Shown: in pieces, positions 27,059 through 41,559 of the stretch
How positions within the stretch are numbered: the first letter of the stretch is position 1
How the letters are laid out: every line of letters begins with the position of its first letter
Source of the DNA: Octopus sinensis
Taxonomy: Eukaryota
Assembly (NCBI RefSeq): GCF_006345805.1
Contig: NC_043002.1
Location: 30,132,001-30,196,000, forward strand
Length of the DNA stretch: 64,000 nucleotides
Direction of reading: 5' to 3'
The notes under the pieces: generated by a model
Told to the model about the DNA's origin: nothing
Databases searched by the model: none
What the model saw: only the letters and a program-made list of their open reading frames with translations
Program-made: the position numbers and the translations under genes

Positions 27059-28890
27059 GTTTCTTTATTAGCCACACAGGGCCGAACACAGAGGGGACAA
27101 AATACAACGTAGAGCTTTTCGTTTTGAAAATGTAAAGCAAGGAGACAAATAAAATTCCGATCAAAAGGGATCTTGAAGAAAACAAAACTTTCAAAAGGTA
27201 TAATGTATTACAAAAAATATTCAAAAATGTTAAAAGAAAGATTAGTTTTATACGTGGGAAGTAAAGCCTAGGGAAACGACAACAGTAACCTCAAACAGGG
27301 AGAGAATAAACACAGAGCAAAGTGCCCTCTCTCTCTCTCTTTTCGATTTAGAGGATCATGCTCAAAGTGATTTCGTCATTCACAGGTATCATCTTTTATT
27401 GAAATTTTCACGAGACAAAACATTCCTCTCTATTCCAAGTGGTACTTGAAAAAGTTGATGAGCGATTGGCCAGAGAGGAAAGTGTGTCTCTAAACAATTC
27501 GCTCGAGTCTACCACACACATTCATTCACCTTAGCCACCAGTACGATGAAAAGTGCCTTGCCTTCCCGGTTAAGAGAAGTTGGCGGAGCAATTTTCATGA
27601 TAGATTCGGCCGACAAGCGAACTCGCCTCACACGTGACAGCATCCGTTCGGCATAAGCCCACAGGTCCGAAGTGGTTGGACACTGCACTAGTGCGTGCAG
27701 GACGGTTTCGTCGCTCTGACCGCATCTCGGGCAAGTCGGTCCAGTGTGTCACGAATCGTGCCCGATGAGCTTATCCCGAACAGGCAATGCTTCTCGATAG
27801 CACTGCCAGGCCATGGATCTCCGGTAATTGTCCCGACACGAAAGTTCTCCTGAACAGGCGGGTCAGGTGTTCCTCGTCGACGCCCAGATTCTACCCTCTA
27901 CTAATCGTCTATAGAACGCCTTTGAAGTTGCACAAGTTTGGTCCAGGACGGCAGAGTTGCTTGAGAGAAAGGCGGCACTCAAGGTGCCACTCGGCTAGCC
28001 TCGGTCTCTGTTCGATCCACAACTGCAGTTCGGCCAAAGAGACGAGCCGTGGAAAAGCGTGCCGCACAAACGACGACCACACCTGTTCACTGTCATCTAT
28101 GAAGCACCGGAGATGTCGCAGTCCCACGCATGTCTGCGAATCATCAACCACGGCATGCCCAACACTCCATTTAGCGGGTGTTCACAGCAAATGGATCGCC
28201 TAACAATCGGAACGCTTCCCTTCCACAAAAAAGCGGAAGAGTATGCGTTCCAGTTTGGTGATGGTCAGACGGTTAGACGATAATCGATGACGGATGGGAT
28301 GTATGCGTTTGCCATCTCCGCCCGACCTTTTCGGGATAGCTTCCTCTCGGCCCATTTCTGGATGAGAGTGGACGCTATAGTCGTTATCTCGCCCCAGTTC
28401 TTCTCCATTTGGAGGTCCGGAAGGAACCAGACTCCGAGCAATTTAACCAGTCCGTCTGGCCAGCGTCCCATGATGGACACGCTGTTGGACGGCTTCGGCT
28501 TCCTTCCCCAGGTACCGAGCCGCAAACCAACTGAATTTTCATGGCTAAATTTTGCTTCCGTTACCGCTTCGTAGTCTTTTAGTGTCTCGCCGACTAGGAC
28601 GATATGCCTGTGGCTCGTCACTATAACGGTGACGTCGTCTGCGTATGCAGACACGCTTCGCCAGCTTCCGCAGTAGTGGCTCAAGAGTCAATACGTACAG
28701 GAGCGCTGAGAGGGGACATCCTTGACGAACCGAACGTGTGATGCTGAATTTTCTGGCCAGATGACCATTTACGCGAACTACCGAGCGGATGCCGCTGTAT
28801 AAAGCAGCGATCCAACCGCAGAAGACGGAACCGAAACCAGACGCTCTAAGTACAGCCTCCAAGTAGCGATGGCATACCCTATCGAAAGCT
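27058..28890 (-). mobile_element. 5'-truncated, frameshifted Tx1/L1-clade LINE
   Basis: AFDRVCHRYL..GFG..FCGWIAALYS..VRVNGHL..RSVRQGCPLSALLYVLTLEPLLRKL..SAYADDVTV..VKLLGVWF; 3' end AATAAAGAAAC followed by (CTAT)n. Confidence 0.92.
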
Positions 28891-29229
28891 ATTTTGTTGC
28901 TGTTGTTGCTGCTGTTGTTATTTCTGTGCTAGTGGCCAATTGATTTTCAGGTGTGATTTACTACCACAAACATAGCAGCGTGGCTTTCTGCCCTTCGACA
29001 TTCACATGCAAACTCGAATCGTCTGTTAGTTTAATTTGATGTGGAATTTTTTCGAAATTCATCGGATCACTTTGAGGAAGCATTTCAACTCCTTGACCAA
29101 TCCAATTTTGCTGGTCCAGGAGACCGATTTCCAAGATGCTGATTTCATCCTCGATGTCGTAACAAATGGCAGACACAAGTCATTTTATTTCGATCATACA
29201 GGTCACATTTTAATTTTTATTTTTGTGAC

Positions 29230-29350
29230 CCTAATCCACTCACAAGGCTTTGGTCGGCCCGAGGCAACAGTAGAAAGCACTTGCCCAGTGTGGGACAGAA
29301 CTCGAAATCATGTGCTTTGTAAGCAATCTATGTACCACACAGCCACTCCC
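29230..29350 (-). mobile_element. SINE family A fragment
   Basis: AATCCACTCACAAGGCTTTGGTCGGCCCGAGGC..CACTTGCCCA..CCACACAGCCACTCC. Confidence 0.75.
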
Positions 29351-29376
29351 TTTTCTTCCGTTTCTCCACTCACTCA

Positions 29377-31338
29377 TCTATAATATAAATCCCATTCTGT
29401 GTGTGTGTATGTGTGTAAAAGATTATAACGGCCGTATTTTTGCAACTGATTTTCTCCAAACTGGGAACATACATTACTTATATTCCAGATATGGTTTTAG
29501 ATTCGTAAATTTTTTCACGTAATGAGTAATGGGCTCCTGGGTGCAGAAAATAATCGTCCCTGGGTTACGTTGACAAGAGAGGTAACTCTTTGCGAAGTAA
29601 CTTTCATAAATTGATTTTCCCTTACATCCATTGGTTAAAAAATTATCCCAATCACATCTAATATTTAGAATAGAGATGTGTTTTTATTCGCTTTTCACGC
29701 GTATTTCAATCTCTCTATGCCTCTCTCTATATCTCTCTATCCATCTCTAACTCTGTATCTATATTTCTGTATCTATCTCTCTATATGTTATCTATGTATT
29801 TGTCTATCTTATTTGTCTAACTAGCTCTCTCTCTCTCTATCACTCTCCCTCTTTCTATATCTCACTTAATCTGTTTTGCTTTAACTTTCATTTTTCGGAC
29901 GCCATTGTTTTCACTTTAAGTTCAATCGCTATTGTGTCCAGTGCAAGTTTTCAATCGCTATTTACAAACAACAACGACAAATTAATGACAGAAAGAAGTT
30001 CACAATTTACTGACAGAACTAACTTCATAAATTTCACTTCAATCCGCACACTTCCTTGAATTTGCCTACATATTTGTTATTTACTTTTGCAACGTTTTGT
30101 GCTTTTTTGTTGTTGATAGAAAGTAAGCTCATAATTTACTTAGAGAAATAACTTCAAAAATTTCACTTGAATCCGTACACTTATTTAATTTCCCTAAAAT
30201 TTCTCATTTACTTTTACAACGTTTTGTGTTTTCCTGTTGTTAATGTCTTTCTGTCTGGTTCCTTCCATACTGGCTCTTTTGTTCGCTAAGTCATAATTTT
30301 TTAAAATTTCCGTAAAAATATCTTATTTACTTTCTGCCCGTCGTATTAAGAAATATAATTTCCGTTGCCCAGTTATTATCATTGTTTACTATCTTTTGCA
30401 TCCGTCTATTTCTGTATACGTATATAACCATTCCTAGAAAGAAAGTGTCAAATTTGACTCCAATGTCAAGTTTAGCCAAAAGAATGTCTTTGTCCAGTGA
30501 AAAAGAGGCAGCTGCAGAAAGGGAATCATGCCAAAAAACGAACAGACTGTGCACTACAAAAGCCAGAGCATCTAAAAGTGAGGAACAAAGGTATGCACTG
30601 ATGACAAAGAATAGGATCTCCACTTCAGAACGAAGAGCAGTTGCTCGGAGAAGCAACATCTATGAAGCAGCTCTCAAATGTGATCCAGCAGTTCATTATG
30701 CAGACGATACTAGAGTTTCCATTGGTGCAATGGCAACTGAGAGCATATATTGTAAAGCAAGGAAATGGACATGAAAGATACCTACACTGTGTTACAGTGG
30801 GGGAAATGTTAAACTCCCTGCAATCTCCCAACCTCCAGAGCCATTGAAGAAAATGTTGTCATCAACTGACCAAAATTCCAAGCGCGTCCAAAACAAAATT
30901 AGGCAATACAACGCTGCACTACAGTTGACATCATTTGGATCCACAAGAGGTTTAACTGAGCTATGATTCATGCAAAGTTTCAAGATCAAAGGTCAGATTT
31001 ATCGAAGGATTGGCTCTCTACTACCTCTGTCAAATGAATCACAAAAATTAGCCCTTCACTCTTTGTAATCTGTACCTGCTTTTCTTGTTGTTACGAAACA
31101 AGCTAAACAAAATGTGTTTTTGGATTATCAGTATTTATTTTATATACACATATGCGTTGAAAACTTTCTTTTAATGTTTTACTTAACATCTATGTTCCAG
31201 GCTGGCATGGGTTGGAGAGTTATTAATGTAAAAAGTTGATATCTCAGCTACTAACAGTTGAGACCTGTGTAATCTACGCGGCGTTTTTTAAATTTCAATA
31301 TTCTCTTTAACTCGGGCAACACCGGGTATATCTGGTAG
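29377..31338 (+). mobile_element. Internally deleted Helitron with Rep N-terminal remnant
   Basis: A|TCTATAATATAAA 5' end. 30640-31050 encodes IGAM..YCKARKW..GNVKLP..PPEPLKKML..IRQYNAALQLTSFG..FKIKGQIYRRIGSLLP. 3' hairpin CTCGGGCAACACCGGG then TCTGGTAG (degenerate CTRR). ~130-bp internal direct duplication at 29985-30245. Confidence 0.8.
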
Positions 31339-31375
31339 CATATATATTATATATATATATATAATATATATAATA

Positions 31376-31414
<39 letters not shown>

Positions 31415-31985
31415 TATGCACACAGACACAGATGCGCATCATAGAAGAATAGAATGGAATGAGCAGTGGAAGAGTATACGCGAAGAGGAAAAGTGTCGCC
31501 GAGGAGGTCACATACGTGTGACGAAAGATTTCCGGATAATGGACATGAGTTGAAGTAAGAACATTAATAAACGACTGAAGAACAAATATATAGTGCGTGT
31601 GTTTATTTGGCAAAAAAAATGACCGTCCCGAAATACAACAATATACATATACGCATATTCTTCATATGCATGCATATATATATGTTTGGGTGTGTGTGTG
31701 TATGTGTTTGCGTATGTGTGTCACCGCGTGTGCGCGTGTTTGCAATTTGTATTTATTATATATATTGTGTGATGTTGATATTTTCATAGGTTTCATAAAT
31801 TTGATATTCACGAATGTCATTACTGTAAGTATCAGTTCATGTCACATGGAGTCCCATTGTGAGACGTATATTTCTGGCATGAAGCAAATCCATGGGAGTG
31901 TAATATATCTCACTGGTGTGCATTTTGAAATTCCATTTGCGTGTTTACATGTATTAGTATATGTATATATGTACATGTAAATATA

Positions 31986-32031
<46 letters not shown>

Positions 32032-32370
32032 CTTACGTATATGAATATTTATATGTGTGTGTGTGTACACACTGTATATACATATATACATATATACAAA
32101 ACATCTATTGAGAAAAGCGCCTAAAGTGAGAAACTCAACATCAGTGTCAATGAAAGACAAAAGTATATGGAAGAGAGGGAGGAAGAGATGAAGGAGAAGA
32201 GAAAGCAAGTGAGAAAATGACCATGAAAGAGTCCCATTATATGATTGTCAAATATCATGAATTGCTACACACAAGACGACAAGAAAATTGTTCTGGAGAG
32301 TGTACTGTAAAGAATATGTGATGTCAGAAGAAGAATGATGTTCGAGGAGAATGATGTAGTTAGATAAATG

Positions 32371-32440
<70 letters not shown>

Positions 32441-32498
32441 GAGATAGAGAGATAGAGAGATAGATAGAGAGATAGATAGATAGATAGATAGATTGATT

Positions 32499-32529
<31 letters not shown>

Positions 32530-33226
32530 GAGAGAGAGAGTGAGAGAGAGATTATAAGATAGATATAAATAGATATGATGGCAAGAAAGTTAGAACGCTA
32601 TGTATTTTGTGCAGTAGTTTGACAGACATCATGCCGTTGTTAGAGGCTACATTTCCGTTGTTAGGTGAACATCTATTTCTATAGATGCCCAGATCAGAAT
32701 GAACAGGTGCGCTTGCTATCAGCGGGCAACCGGTGGTAAGAAACAGAAACCTGAACGAAATTTTGGACGTGATCAGCCTGCAGATATTGGCAACGAGTAG
32801 CAAGGTTTACAAGATAAATAGCACCACTGAAAACATGCAAGTATATATATATATATGTGTGTGCTTGTGTGTGTGTGTGTGCGAGCGTGTGTGTGTGTGT
32901 GTATGTATGTTAGCATGTATATATATATATATCAATATACACTTTTATATATACGTGCACATGGACACACGAACATATGTGTACGGTTAAATGAGATAAA
33001 GAGGGAGAGAGAGAGTGTGTGTGTATGTAAGTATGTATATATGTATATATAATTGTGTGTGTCTCTCTAATTGTATATATATATACACGCGAACACTGGT
33101 GCCCCAGGATGACCGCAGCTTTAAAGCTGAAACAAGTTAAAGCGTCAAAGAGTTATGTATTTGTTTATAGATGTGTATCTATCGAATAGCTTCAATTACG
33201 CACGCACAGCAGAGAGAGAGAGCTAC

Positions 33227-33341
<115 letters not shown>

Positions 33342-33349
33342 AAATGTGA

Positions 33350-33790
33350 AAGGCGTGCGAACGGAATCGCTAGCACTTGGGACAAATCGTTTAGCGGTAT
33401 TTCTCCCAGCTCATTACGTTCTGGTTTCAAATCCTACCCAAATCAACTTTGCCCTTCATCCCAGATGGCAATAAAATAATCTACCAGTTATGTACTGGGT
33501 TTGATGTAATCGATTTGTCTCTTTTCCCTAAAACTTGTTGGCCTTGAAGTCTAAAACTGATCGCAGTCCCGTTCAGAGAGAATAATGTAATTCCAGACAC
33601 TTACACTCCATAGTAGGAAGGATTATTATTATTGTTATATCATATTACGACGGCGAGCTGGTAGGATGGCAAACACTATGGACAAAATGCTCAGCGGCAT
33701 TTCGACTACCTTTACATTCTAAGCTTAAATTCCGCTGAGGTTGACTTTGCCATTCATCCTTTCCGGATAGGATTGTTATAGTCGACTTGC
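33350..33790 (+). mobile_element. Two degenerate SINE family B copies
   Basis: GGCGAGCTGG heads and GACTTTGCC.TTCATCC centres. Confidence 0.65.
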
Positions 33791-34464
33791 ACCTCTTCAC
33801 CCACCGCAAAAAAAAATTTAAAAAACCCCAAAAAACCTAAATCAGGATTTGTGTCTAGAGCAGAAAAAAATATAAGTTAGCGAGCGGGCTAAAGCGTTAA
33901 GCGGTATTTCCTCCATCTTTATGACAGGAGAAAATCCCCCTTACACAACCCTGAGTTTTAAAGAACACCTGAATGCCACGGACCAGTCGTGACAGATCGC
34001 CTCAGAATCACTGATCTTTCGTTATTAATGTGATTTATCAATCCAAAAAGATGGTGCATGTATGTGTGTGTGTCTATGTGTATGTGTTTCTGTGTGTATG
34101 TCTATGTGTATGTGTTTCTGTGTGTGTGTCTTGTTTAACGCAGAAAATAGTAATGAGCTATACTAATCATTTCATACATTGAAGATCTCATATAGCCAGG
34201 TTTTTAAAAATATGTCTAGTGTCTTCAAGCAATCCTCTGGCTCTGTGCACATAGCCTATTTCAGTTACGAATCAGACTTTGTGCCCAGAAACTGAACATT
34301 ACTTAGAGACTCTAGTCGTGTTACATAAAATCTTCTATGTATGAATTTATTAGTAGCTCATAAGTTTCTACTATTGTATATTAATTAAACAATATTTTTT
34401 CTCTCACCACGTGTAGTACTTTTTCGTTGATTTGACCTGAACGGTAAAGTAAACTATATATATT

Positions 34465-34770
34465 TTGTAGACAGAAACTGAAAGAAAACATTGTATATGT
34501 ATATATACAATGTGTGTGTGTGTGTTGTGTGTGTGTGTGTTTGTGTGTGTATTTCATGTGTGTGTATTATGTGTTTGTGTTTGTCTTCCACCATCGATTG
34601 ACAACGGGTTTTGGTTTGCTTACGTTCTCGTAACCTAGCGGTTCGGCAAATTGACGTTCGATAGAAATAGCACCAGGCTTATCAAAGAAGAGATAAGTAC
34701 AAAGATTCATTCGACTATAAGACCTTCAAGGTGGTGCCCCAATATGACCGAAAGAGATAAAAGAAAAAAG
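34465..34770 (+). mobile_element. SINE family A, 3' part, degenerate
   Basis: GTAGACAGAAACTGAAAGAA..TTGACAAC..TAGCGGTTCGGCAAA..GGTGGTGCCCCAATATGACCG. Confidence 0.7.
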
Positions 34771-34789
34771 GTCTAATCACACACACACA

Positions 34790-34869
<80 letters not shown>

Positions 34870-35384
34870 AGTTGCTCTGCATCGAAATAATCCACTTTAA
34901 GAAACATGCAACAATTGTATTAGAACTCTATATTTAAGGAGAGGAAACGCAGAAACACGCGCGAGTTTTTCACGGTATTATATACATAACCTCAACCACA
35001 TGCGTATACAAACCACAGCGGCGTAGTAACACCTGGTGTTACGGGTGACAGGCTTATTTATTTACAACCGAAGTCTTGTATTTGACTACATAAGTTACTA
35101 TTACACGGCAATACTTCAAATTTTCTCGCCTTTTTCAGCAACCAAACTTCGTCTTGCTCTTCTATACTGAAGCGAATTCGGACCGAATAACTTCTTGTAA
35201 TGTTGATAAAATACAATCTTGTTGTGTATGTGTGACTAGAATATATAATATGATTCTTTAGCTCCGTATCTAACGCATTTGTTTCCAGTGTATGCAACTA
35301 GATGGCATTATTGCAATGCATCAATTTATGTCTGTCTGTTTAACTATATATTTAACTATCACCCTATCTCTGTCTCGCGCATTG

Positions 35385-35446
<62 letters not shown>

Positions 35447-35563
35447 CACACACACACACAACACACACACGCACACGCATATACACACATATACGATATC
35501 TTTTTCATGTTTTCTTTATGCGTGTGTGTATATAAATAGGTGCGTGTTTGTAGAAATAAATAA

Positions 35564-35599
<36 letters not shown>

Positions 35600-35630
35600 T
35601 TATATTGTGTATTACATACATATATGAATA

Positions 35631-35667
<37 letters not shown>

Positions 35668-36337
35668 ATATATAATACACATATAATATATATATAAAAT
35701 ATATATAAGTATACATGCATATATATGTATATACATATGTATGTGTGTATACATATGTATGTGTGTATACATGTGTTTGTGTGTATGTGTGTTTGTGAGT
35801 GTGTGTGTGTGTGTGTGTGTCTATATGTAGGAGTATGTGTGAAGGCGTATGGTGCAAAATTACATTGTACACCCTAATGATCAAATACGAACTGCGTGCA
35901 CAAATTTATTCATAAAACACACAGACACACACACACATATACAAGACTCACCATACACACATACCCGCCCACACACAAACACGCACGTACACACACATAC
36001 ACACACAGATGTGTGTGTGTAGGTGCTGTAGGCCAAATGATTAAGATGTATTGTATGTATATATGTGTGTATGTGTCTTACTACATTTCCCTATCTCCCT
36101 TCTTTCTTCCCTCTATCTCTCCCACTATCTCTTTGTCTGTCTGCCTGTCTCTCTCTTTCTCTCTTTCCTTCTCTCTCTTTCTCTTCATGTGTGAATGTGT
36201 GTGTGTGTGTGTGTATGCGAGAGAGAGAAACCTCGATTGAAACATTACCTATTGTAGAATGCAATACGAATTTAGAATCAAATATATGCATCAGAAATAC
36301 TAACAGCACGGCATAACTTAGCCAGTATCAGTCTCTT

Positions 36338-36382
<45 letters not shown>

Positions 36383-36725
36383 TTCGAGTGTATCTGGCCG
36401 CAACTGCAAAGACGATCTGGAACTCGACTGAGAACAGGATGCTTCTAATGACCTGTCCTTATTTTTCCTGTCCTTTTTCATATCGTCTAACTGTCCCGAC
36501 GGTTTGCTTTCACTGTTACGTTCTTGTTCTATTTTTAGTTTTCTTCTTTTCTTCTTTATATATATATGTAAACGTATATATAATTATTATATATATTATA
36601 TATATCTATATATATATATATCTATATATATATATATATATAGATATAATATATATATATATATATGATATATACATTTATATATATACATATGCATTAT
36701 ATTATTTATACATATTACACACACG

Positions 36726-37020
36726 TGGAGGCGCAATAGCCCAGTGGTTTGGGCAGCGGACTCGCGGTTTCGATTCCCAGACCGGGCGTTGTGAGTGTTT
36801 ATTGAGCAAAAACACCTAAAGCTCTACGAGGCTCCTGCAGGGGGTGGTGGCGATCCCTGCTCTACTCTTTCGCCACAACTTTCTCTCACTCTTTCTTCTG
36901 TTGGCCTGCTCGCTTAGCCAGCGGGGTGGCGTCATTTGATGGCTAAAACAATGCGAAGCACATTGTGACCAGCGATGTGTAGCAACATCAGATAGTCTGG
37001 TCGGTCACGGTGACGGTGAT
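36726..37020 (+). mobile_element. SINE family C
   Basis: GTGGAGGCGCAATAGCCCAGTGGTT A box and TTCGATTCCC B box; body shared with 3221-3480 and 46610-46770. Confidence 0.8.
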
Positions 37021-37628
37021 ATACACACACATAGATACATATATACTCGTACATACATACATTTACACACATGAAATATAATTTACTACATAAATGCAAG
37101 AAAAATGTTTCCACGGTATGTAACAGCCTACTTCTATAACATGTTAACATTTAATATAGTATTACTTCAATGCAGTAGCCATTGCTGAAATCATTTTGCG
37201 TAGATTTATAAATGAATAAAGCGAATGATCAGTGAAGAATAATTGCAACAATCAAGAGGAAAAGGTCACATAGTGTTATTTCAAAATTTCATTTCTATTT
37301 CTCTACAGCTGTTTCTATAATTAAATAGCGATCATCATCGCTGACATATGTTAGTTTCTTTTTGCATATCTAATGCGTAATCGATTGCTTTAATTGAATG
37401 CAATGTGTAAGTCACTTCGCCATATTCAACTGCATCGATTATTTCTATATTAATTATGTAAAAGTATATCATTGATCAGGCTTGCGTTTAAGCTAACGAA
37501 ACAGTAATTGGACAAAACAAATGAAATTTAGAAATATCATTGACATCACTTATTTTAATCTTCAATATACACAAGTATACACACACAGACCTAGACCTAG
37601 ACACAAACATTCACACAAACATACACAC

Positions 37629-37758
<130 letters not shown>

Positions 37759-38400
37759 ATACACATATACATACTATATAATACATACACACACACATAC
37801 ACACATATATATATATATATAATCTATATATATATATATATATATATGCACGTACGTATATGTACGCTTCGTTGATATATTTGAGGTGCTTGAACGCTTG
37901 TCTGTATGCATGTGTGTATATCTGTGTGTGTGTGCGTGTGTTTGTGCATTTGTGTGTATGTGTGTGTGTGTGTTTGTATGTTTGTGTGTACGTGTGTGTA
38001 TGGCACTCAGATTTAATTCGTTTTGGCCTCCTAAAATAGTGTGCTAATCATATTTGGGGATATCAAATTTCATTCGTTACAAAAGTCGTTTGGCAAAATA
38101 TATACCGGAGTTCTCGTTTATCAGGCAGTACAAAGAGGAATTTGTCTAGGAACCATTCGTTCATTATGAGTTATTATTAATCTTTTGTTTTCTTTTGTCA
38201 TATGCTGAATAAAGTTGCTCCTGTTGATCTGAAGATTTTTTTTCTCTCTATTTTTATTTTTAAAATTCGGCAATGTTGCATTTTGATTGGAGCTCGATTT
38301 TTGTACAGTTTAGCAATATCTGATCCTGTGTGTTGCAGTTCCTTCGCTCCTTTCCCTCTCTCTCTCATTCTCCCTCTCTCTCTTTCTCTCTATCTCTCTT

Positions 38401-38431
<31 letters not shown>

Positions 38432-38602
38432 GAAATTTCGTGTCCCATAAAATGTTTACTTGCTCATTTTCGAGAAATTTCCTTCGAGATAATATTTCTC
38501 AAAGTTGACAGTATACAATTAATTCAATTCTCTCATGTCACCAGGCTTTCTAATATTCCTACACCAGATTCTGACACTCCAATACAAAAAGGGTACAATC
38601 TG

Positions 38603-38660
<58 letters not shown>

Positions 38661-38859
38661 CTCTCTATCTTTCATTCCGCATACTTTGCATAGATGCGTT
38701 ATCACATCCTCAATTAAATGCTTTCTGATTGCTTATCATCATACAGAATATTCTTAAGCTGCCATTATAGTGTCTTTGTTTTTTTAGCCATCTTCAGGTC
38801 CTCCTTCCTTCACGATTCCCAAGCCCCAGTATGTGATATTTCGAAAGAGATGTTGGAGC

Positions 38860-39572
38860 TTGCATGGTCCATACAAGATTCTGAGGGACCCATGCAGCTA
38901 TATAGTAAATTGGGGTTCCACAGTATTATTTCCAGGGTTCTAAAATATTTTGCTTTAGATATATGTATCGGTATATATTGCAAGAAACAGCTAGGTTTCT
39001 TTCTCTAACATTTTTCATAGTTCAAGCTACACAAGATAATGCGTGAAAAGCAAAATTGGAATTTTGAAAGAAGTTACTATAAAACTAGTTTTTAAATGTT
39101 GAATGGCTATGGAAATCCACCGGAATAAGATAGTAACCGAAAGGGTCCAATATCAAGAAAAAAAAACCTGTTGAGAACCCTTTAGTTTTTAAACGCTGAA
39201 TAGCTATGGGAATCCACCGGAATAAAATAGTAATCGAAAGGGTCCATAATAATGAAATAAAAACTGGTTGAGAACCCTTTAGTTTTTAAACGTTGAATGA
39301 CTATGGGAATCCACCGGAATAAGATAGTAACCGAAAGGGTCCAATATCAAGAAAAAAAAAACTGGTTGAGAACCCTTTAGTTTTTAAACGCTTAATGGCT
39401 ATGGGAATCCACCGGAATATAATAGTAATCGAAAGGGTCCATAATAATGAAATAAAAACTGGTTGAGAACCCATAAGTTTTTAAACGTTGAATGGCTATG
39501 GGAATCCACTGGAATAAAATAGTAATCGAAAGGGTCCACAATAAAGAAAAAAACACTGGTTGAGAACCCTTG
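38860..39572 (+). mobile_element. hAT-like MITE whose terminal ~97 bp is tandemly repeated five times
   Basis: Units start at 39086, 39183, 39280, 39378, 39475 and each ends ..GTTGAGAACCC (reverse complement of the GGTTCTCAAC TIR at ~47973). 38865-38930 resembles the MITE interior at 48005-48066. Confidence 0.75.
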
Positions 39573-40661
39573 ATCTAGCATTTCAGTCTCCGTACTATTA
39601 ACAGGTGGCATCCTGTATACGGAAATCTTTCTGAGATTACTGATGTCATCTCCTTAGATTTGCTTTCCAGCTGAGGTGAGATATTGTAGAGTGATCATCA
39701 ATGTGTACTACCGACTTCAGGTAGAGGGTTATGTTTTAGTCAAAAACCAGTGCTTCTTTAATCGTCTGAAGATATGCGGCTGGCAGGCTTTATAAATTAC
39801 TCCTTACACACTACAGCAAATACCTTACACATTAAACCAAACTCCACTTTGTTCAACTATCAACAAACTGAATCCTGTCCACACACCTACTTACTGGTAC
39901 TTCTCACATCAGACATTATTACACGTTATTCGATCTCACACTCCAAACTAACATAAAAGATTTACAAAATGTTTCTTCTCACCCACTGACAAAACATTGG
40001 AAGATCTTCTTTGCTAATTTCCTTCATTGTTCCAGCAGCAAATAATCTGCATCAATTCAAACTGAACAATAACCACTCTAAATTCAACCTGTTATCACTG
40101 TAACAAGCGGTGGGACGGGGTTCAGTGAGGGGTTATAGACGCTGCTCCACCTACTTACATTCATCTAAAGAAAATGTAATACGTGAAGATGACGAGATCT
40201 AATAGAGAGTGGCTTGTTGAAGTAAGCCAGAATAAAATGATTAGTGGATTTCGTCTAAGTAATAGCGACTGGGTATATATAAACGGGTGGATATGGTCTG
40301 ATACACAGGTATAGAAACTTTATCACAAACACTCAGACTAAGTCCCACGCAGGGCAATATCTACACACACACACACACACACATATATGCACACACAAGC
40401 ACACATACACACACACACGCACGCATATAACATTTCGTTTATTGCTATATCTAAGTGTATGAATTTAAGTGTTTGTGCATGTGTTCGTGAGTATAGATAG
40501 ATGTACGCATACACATACATGTACATGCAAACATTTACATACATACATACATTCATTCATACATACATACATTCATACATACACGTACACACACATATAC
40601 ATATATACATACATAAATACATACATACATACATACATACATACATACATACATACATACA

Positions 40662-40692
<31 letters not shown>

Positions 40693-41109
40693 GACACTCA
40701 CAACAGAGGTTATATTAGCGCAAACAAGCGCAGCCTTACCCTGCGGTCTTGAATAGTATTCTTATTCGCGACAATAGAGCGAAGAAAAAGAGAAGAAAAA
40801 GGAGGAGGACAGGGAGGAGCGGGAAGATGCAGACGAAAGAGAGAGAGAGAGAAAGAAGATGAAGAAAAGGAAATATAGAGCATATGGGAAAAGGAAATAT
40901 AGAGCATAAGTGATGGCTATTGATGGTAACAGTAGGAATATGTGTGAATCTATTTATGACAGTATACTCACACACACACATAAATATATATTCATAAATA
41001 TATTCATATATATACACACACATACACACACATTATATATTTATATCTATATCTCTCTATATGTATGTATGCATGCATGCATGTATGTATGTATGTATGT
41101 ATGTATGTA

Positions 41110-41532
41110 CTCTTACTCTTTTACTTTTTTCTTTGTTTCAGTCATTTGACTGCGGCCATGCTGGGGCACCGCCTTTTGTCAAGCAAATCGACCCCAGGAC
41201 TTATTCTTTGTAAGCCTAGTACTTATTCTATCGGTCTGTTTTGCCGAACTGCTAGGTTACGGGGACGTAAACACACCACCATCGGTTGTCAAGCGATATT
41301 GTGGGGAGCATAAACACAGACACACAAACACACACTCATATATATATATATACATATATACATATACATATATATGACGGGTATCATTCAGTTTCCGTCT
41401 ACCAAATCCACTCACAAGATTTTGGTCGGCACGAGGGTATAGTAGAAGACACTTGCTCAAGGTGCCACTCAGTGGGACTGAACCCGAAACCATGTGGTTG
41501 GTAAGCAAGCTACTTACCACACAGTCACTCCT
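41110..41532 (-). mobile_element. SINE family A
   Basis: Full-length reverse-complement match to 51829-52235. Confidence 0.9.
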
Positions 41533-41559
41533 GATCATCTTGACCATAGTGTCCAGCAT

